Shown here: positions 59,408 to 64,000 of the stretch, piece after piece
Position numbering within the stretch: the first letter of the stretch is position 1
Layout of the letters: every line of letters begins with the position of its first letter
Source: Candidatus Binatia bacterium
GTDB lineage: Bacteria; Desulfobacterota; Binatia; Bin18
Length of the DNA stretch: 64,000 bases
Assembly (NCBI GenBank): GCA_963666315.2
Contig: CAXXHG010000040.1
Coordinates: forward strand, 32,001 to 96,000
Direction of reading: 5' to 3'
The notes under the pieces: model-generated
Seen by the model: the letters and a program-made list of their open reading frames with translations, nothing else
Told to the model about the DNA's origin: nothing
Databases searched by the model: none
Position numbers and translations under genes: made by a program

Positions 59408-61180
59408 CTACAAGTCAACCTTAATACTCAGCTCACGCAGCTGTTTGGCGTCAACCGTTCCCGGCGCCCGAGTCATCAGGCATTGCCCCCGAGCCGTTTT
59501 AGGAAATGCGATCACTTCGCGCAACGAGTCTACTCCAGCGAACAGCATGGCGAGGCGGTCAAAGCCTAAGGCAATACCACCGTGCGGCGGAGCACCGTAG
59601 GACAGTGCTTCCAGTAGAAAGCCGAACTTCTCTTGTGCTTCGGCCTCGTTGATCCCGAGCAGGGAGAAGACTTTCTGCTGAACGTCAAGACGATGGATCC
59701 TGATACTGCCCCCACCGAGCTCCACCCCGTTGAGCACCACATCGTAGGCAAGCGCCCGTACTTTACCGGCATCAGTATCAAGCAGGGCCAAATCCTCATC
59801 GTCAGGTGCAGTAAACGGGTGATGCTTCGCCACATAGCGCTGCTCTTCGGCGTTGTATTCTACTAAGGGAAAATCTGTCACCCACAGAAAATGCATCTCA
59901 TCCTTGGGAATGATTCCAAGCTTATTACCAAGGTAGAGGCGTAAGCGAGACAAGACTTCACACGCAACGTCCTCCTGGTCGGCGATCATTAACAGCAGAT
60001 CGTTTTGTTTCAAACCGAGTGCTGCCTCAATTTCCTTTTTATGCTCGTCACTCACAAACTTGGCGAGCGGCGACTGCCAGCCGGCCTCGGTGAGACGAAT
60101 CCAGGCCAAGCCTTTTGCCCCAAAGCCCTGAGCCAACGGAATCAGATCATCCAGCTCCTTGCGCGAAAAAGTGGCGTCCGGCACGACAATGCTGCGGACC
60201 ACTCCCCCACTGGCGACAACCTCACGAAAGACCTTGATGTTCGTCTTGCCAAACAGGTCAGACGTCTCTCGGATTTCTAACCCAAATCGAATATCGGGTT
60301 TGTCATTCCCAAAGCGGGCCATGGCTTCAGCATACGGCATACGCGGAAAGGGAGTCGGCACGTCAATGCCTTTTATTTCTTTACACAGCCGGACCAGCAT
60401 GCCTTCGGTGAGCTGAAAGACGTCGCTGGGCCGGACAAAAGACATCTCAATATCAATCTGGGTAAACTCAGGCTGGCGGTCAGCACGCAGGTCTTCATCC
60501 CGAAAGCAGCGTACAATCTGAAAATATTTTTCTAGGCCGCTGACCATGAGCAGCTGTTTGAAGAGCTGCGGAGACTGCGGCAGGGCATAGAACCCACCAG
60601 GATTGACCCGGCTGGGGACGAGATAGTCACGTGCGCCTTCAGGCGTGCTACGCGTCAAGACCGGGGTTTCTACTTCCAGAAAGCCTTCACCGTCCAGATA
60701 ATCGCGCACAATCCTGGCCAGGCGATGACGCAGGCGCAGGTTCTCAAACATTTTAGGCCGACGCAGATCAAGATAGCGATAACGCAACCGCGTATTCTCC
60801 GCTGCTTCTGTCTCATCTTCGATTGGAAACGGCGGCGTGCGGGATGGATTGAGCACCCGCAACTCTTCTACCACCAGCTCTACTTCGCCAGTTGGTAGAT
60901 TCGGATTAATCGTCTCCGCCGAACGTGGCTTGAGCCGCCCGCGCGCCGCGATCACATATTCCAAACGCAGATCCTTGGCCCGCGCGTGCGCCGTTTGATT
61001 CACTTGGGGATTGCACACAATCTGGACCAAGCCCGAACGGTCACGCACATCGATAAAGGTCACTCCGCCATGATCGCGCCGAGACTGGACCCAGCCCATC
61101 ACTGTCGTTTGTTGCCCGACTTGAGTGATGCGGGGCTCTCCACAATAGCAGCTCCGCTGCCAGTCACCTAAAGACTCCAC
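59408..61180 (-). CDS. aspS: Aspartate--tRNA ligase
   Basis: RRDHGG, STPEGARDYLVPSR, LPQSPQLFKQ, FRDEDLRADRQPEF and GAPPHGG motifs. Confidence 0.98.
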   Translation of the reverse strand: MESLGDWQRSCYCGEPRITQVGQQTTVMGWVQSRRDHGGVTFIDVRDRSGLVQIVCNPQVNQTAHARAKDLRLEYVIAARGRLKPRSAETINPNLPTGEVELVVEELRVLNPSRTPPFPIEDETEAAENTRLRYRYLDLRRPKMFENLRLRHRLARIVRDYLDGEGFLEVETPVLTRSTPEGARDYLVPSRVNPGGFYALPQSPQLFKQLLMVSGLEKYFQIVRCFRDEDLRADRQPEFTQIDIEMSFVRPSDVFQLTEGMLVRLCKEIKGIDVPTPFPRMPYAEAMARFGNDKPDIRFGLEIRETSDLFGKTNIKVFREVVASGGVVRSIVVPDATFSRKELDDLIPLAQGFGAKGLAWIRLTEAGWQSPLAKFVSDEHKKEIEAALGLKQNDLLLMIADQEDVACEVLSRLRLYLGNKLGIIPKDEMHFLWVTDFPLVEYNAEEQRYVAKHHPFTAPDDEDLALLDTDAGKVRALAYDVVLNGVELGGGSIRIHRLDVQQKVFSLLGINEAEAQEKFGFLLEALSYGAPPHGGIALGFDRLAMLFAGVDSLREVIAFPKTARGQCLMTRAPGTVDAKQLRELSIKVDL

Positions 61181-61485
61181 AAGATCTCCCTTATTGTATG
61201 CTCCCAGCCAGAGGACACCTCAGCTAGGGTTCTAGATTGCGTATGGATTCAATCATCGTGTGAGCCAAGAAGGATGAGGAAGTAGGGGCTGTTCCATTTT
61301 TTCAGAACATTCTCTACTTGTTCTCCCTTCTCTCCCTGACTTTCTGTCTGCAGAAAGTTGCGCAATCCTCCGCCAGCCATTATCTTCATTGATTCCTCAT
61401 GAAGGGCTGCATTGTGCCAGAGGGCGCTTAGGTGATCAATGAGGAGAGGAGACCGCCTGCATCCATAGCATGCACAGGACGATTT

Positions 61486-61668
61486 TTAGGGTGTCTTAAT
61501 CGTTGCCGAGGTCTGGTCGATTTCTCGCGCCCACTCGCGAGTGGAAATCTGGGTCTTAATACGGGCCAGCAAATCTTTATGATTGACCGGCTTCACAACG
61601 AACTCACTCACGCCCAGAGCCATACCGGCCCCTCTGGTGGCCATATCATCCTTCGCAGTCAGAAGGAT
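61486..61668 (-). pseudogene. C-terminal half of a response-regulator receiver domain
   Basis: ILLTAKDD..GMALGVSEFVVKPV..LLARIKTQ; N-terminal half absent. Confidence 0.65.
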
Positions 61669-62001
61669 GCACCGACAAAAGCTATTGCCCGCGCAAGTGA
61701 AACTCTACCGCAACGCCGATCAGGCGCCTGGGAAATACGAGGAGATTGCACTCCTACACTCAAGCGGCGACTATGCCTGGACAGATGAGCCAAAGATGTT
61801 TGCCTCTATGATGAAAAAGGCGGGAGAGCTTGGTGCAAATGCCCCATCGGGTCGGGAGGCTATAATCCCTTTTCGCCCATTTTCTCTTTCATCTTTTCGT
61901 GATGGGTCTGCATGGCTTCGTGCCTCTTCACCCGCTGTTCAACCAGTGTGGCCAGTAACGCATCGGTCATTTGCTGGTGTCGGCCCCGGTGAAGTTCGCC
62001 T

Positions 62002-62104
62002 CCATGAAAGGGTCAAGGATCAGCCCGTCGGGTAGAACGCATTGCATTAGTTTGCGCATGAGGTCAGTCGGTTTATCCGTGAGATGGTGCTGACTGTCGG
62101 ATCG
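62002..62104 (-). pseudogene. N4/N6 DNA methyltransferase fragment
   Basis: HLTDKPTDLMRKL..PDGLILDPFM, i.e. H-x-T-x-KP plus the start of motif I DPF. Confidence 0.55.
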
Positions 62105-62123
62105 CTACACGGTAACAGATGAA

Positions 62124-62942
62124 CTAACCCACGTCGGGAATTTCTCCCTGGCGTTGAAGGAATGCCACTGCCGCGTGGTTAAATGCCTCGGGAGCTTCGA
62201 GATTCACAGCATGCCCGGCTTCCGCTTCAACGACTTCTAAATACGGCAGGGTTTGTTCGGCAAATCGACGCAGCGGTTTGAAACGTTCCTCTTGCGTGCC
62301 GCACACGAGTAGCGTCGGAACACGATTGGTTCGTAGCGACGCTGCTTCAATCGGATCGGCAAGTGAGGTATAGCGGGCCGTATAGGCCGCGCCGAGCGGG
62401 TCATGCAGTTTTGAATCCGTACACAGCGCGTCTTTGAATTTCGGAGCAAGCCGCCGAGATTTCTTGGGATGCACGGCCACTCTTTCGAGCGCGGCGGCCC
62501 CATCTCGCTTCACCACAGCAATGAGCTTTTCCGTCCCAGGGCGAACCTCTTGCACCCAAGCCTTATTACTGAACGCAGTCGATGAATTCGTCAGTAGATG
62601 GGCAATGACTCGGCTCGGATGCGCTAACACATAGCGCAGCGTCAACCCTGCCCCTAACGACTGACCAATAACAAACCATCGGTCCACTCCGAGCTGCTCG
62701 CGAATGCGCTCAAACGCCTCAACGTATCGTTCCGGAGCATAATCTGCCGGGTCTTCAGGCGCTGGCGAACGACCATGCCCGAATAATTCAAGGATAACAG
62801 GCCGGCAGACAGTCGAGAGCGCGTCCAGATTAGGCAGCCACTGGGCACGGCTCGACAAAAAACCATGGACCATAAGCGCATACGGCCCTCTACCCTCTCG
62901 GACCTCGTAATACGGAAGCAACATGGCCGATTTTCTTATCAT
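62124..62942 (-). CDS. Alpha/beta hydrolase
   Basis: VHGF, GHGRS, GQSLG and GHAVNLEAP motifs. Confidence 0.88.
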   Translation of the reverse strand: MIRKSAMLLPYYEVREGRGPYALMVHGFLSSRAQWLPNLDALSTVCRPVILELFGHGRSPAPEDPADYAPERYVEAFERIREQLGVDRWFVIGQSLGAGLTLRYVLAHPSRVIAHLLTNSSTAFSNKAWVQEVRPGTEKLIAVVKRDGAAALERVAVHPKKSRRLAPKFKDALCTDSKLHDPLGAAYTARYTSLADPIEAASLRTNRVPTLLVCGTQEERFKPLRRFAEQTLPYLEVVEAEAGHAVNLEAPEAFNHAAVAFLQRQGEIPDVG

Positions 62943-63567
62943 GAACGTAGGCAGGCGGGATAGCGGTCACGAAGTAAGCCAAAAAAAGAGTAAAAAGGAG
63001 AAAAATATTGATTTTATCACCTTTGTTTATGTCTTTGTTTATAACGCTCAACCTGCTGGATGAATAATAGGGCGAGTAAAATCAAATACTTATAGGTTCA
63101 TTTGACTATTGCCGCATAAATTTGCTACACTGACCAGAACACGTCGCGATTCACGCGGCGTTTTTTATGCCTATTCCCAAGCCCGAGCAATGTTATCCCT
63201 GTCTATTTTTTTGCGCTCTCACCAGAAACGCCACCAGAGACTGCTCATTTTGCCTTCTGGCTGCATTCGGGCGAGAGGTCTGAGGTGACGAGGACGTATG
63301 AGGGCCGTTGATCACCTACGAACAGTGGCGAAAGAGTGACGCAGCCTTCTTCAATTCGAATGAATCAGGCTGTTTACGACGAGGACGAGGAGCAGAGGCG
63401 TAGCCGGGCCAGCGGCATTGGAGAGTAAGATAATAGCGGTGTAGGGCTGAAAATGGGGCTGTTCCGACTGTGTTCATACCGTGAGACGAATTTTTCTGCC
63501 CCTGACCGTTTCTGTTCTGCATATGCAAGGCAGTCGGTCAGAGGCAAAAAGCTTTAGTATGTGTCGG

Positions 63568-64000
63568 CTAATACCCCGGCGGCGGCTCAAACCCACCCCT
63601 GGCCTCAGCCAGACGGCGAGCGACGTCGATCGTCGTCCGATCCTCTAAATACAGTCCAACAATCTGCACCCCAACCGGCAGCCCGTTTGACAGCCGTCCG
63701 ATGGGTGCGACTGTAGCGGGTAAGAGCGCTATGCCAATCGCGCCGGCCCACATAAACTGATCCGTATACAGACGCGGTTTCCCAGCAACCATCACGCTAC
63801 GTTCATGTTGCGGCTCAGTGTGGTCGTGTAGGGTTGCGGCAAACGGAGACACCGGACACAGCAGTACGTCGTAGTCGTGGAAGAATGCCGCCCAGCAAAC
63901 GCGCATCTGTTCACGCATCTCATTCGCAACGATCCAGTCTCTATGCTGCTGGGTACCAAACCGAACCATACGGCTGAGAACCCCGTCGTCGTCGGACGGC
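63568..64000 (-). CDS. Amidase-signature family protein, C-terminal part (5' end outside the window)
   Basis: YDVLLCP, LPATVAP and GLPVGVQIVG..EDRTT motifs. Confidence 0.85.
   Translation of the reverse strand, partial: PSDDDGVLSRMVRFGTQQHRDWIVANEMREQMRVCWAAFFHDYDVLLCPVSPFAATLHDHTEPQHERSVMVAGKPRLYTDQFMWAGAIGIALLPATVAPIGRLSNGLPVGVQIVGLYLEDRTTIDVARRLAEARGGFEPPPGY

Noticed and set aside
61583-62035. 150-aa ORF as a real gene
   Set aside because: It is a chance read-through across unrelated gene shards.
1-64000. CRISPR array or cas genes
   Set aside because: No regularly spaced 25-45 bp repeats with unique spacers and no Cas motifs were seen.

Overview
A 64 kb stretch of bacterial chromosome, with GC judged by eye at about 55%. 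It contains the housekeeping genes moaA, uvrB, a kdsD-like gene and aspS. Most of the rest is redundant catabolic enzymes: four amidohydrolases, several SDRs, VOC, SnoaL, LLM and SMP-30 proteins, a BadH/BadI-like pair, a Rieske oxygenase, and a thiolase-like plus DUF35 pair. This gene content is reminiscent of Candidatus Binatota/Tectomicrobia-like lineages (inference only). Highlights: (1) a GC-richer three-gene block at 42.1-45.4 kb encoding a cytidylyltransferase-PLP enzyme fusion, a CDP-alcohol phosphotransferase and a methyltransferase with motifs like eukaryotic phosphoethanolamine N-methyltransferase, which could be a self-contained bacterial phosphobase-methylation (CDP-ethanolamine/choline) pathway; (2) a lanthanide-type XoxF gene broken by two single-base insertions, followed by a XoxJ-cytochrome c fusion; (3) three diverged copies of the 3' end of a SnoaL gene that partition cargo at 52.6-54.8 kb; (4) several mosaics of gene remnants, including an integron integrase C-terminus, IS200 TnpA, a DNA methyltransferase and a half tRNA; (5) four toxin-antitoxin pairs. 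No rRNA, intact tRNA or CRISPR array was seen. All calls come from manual motif reading; no database searches were run.
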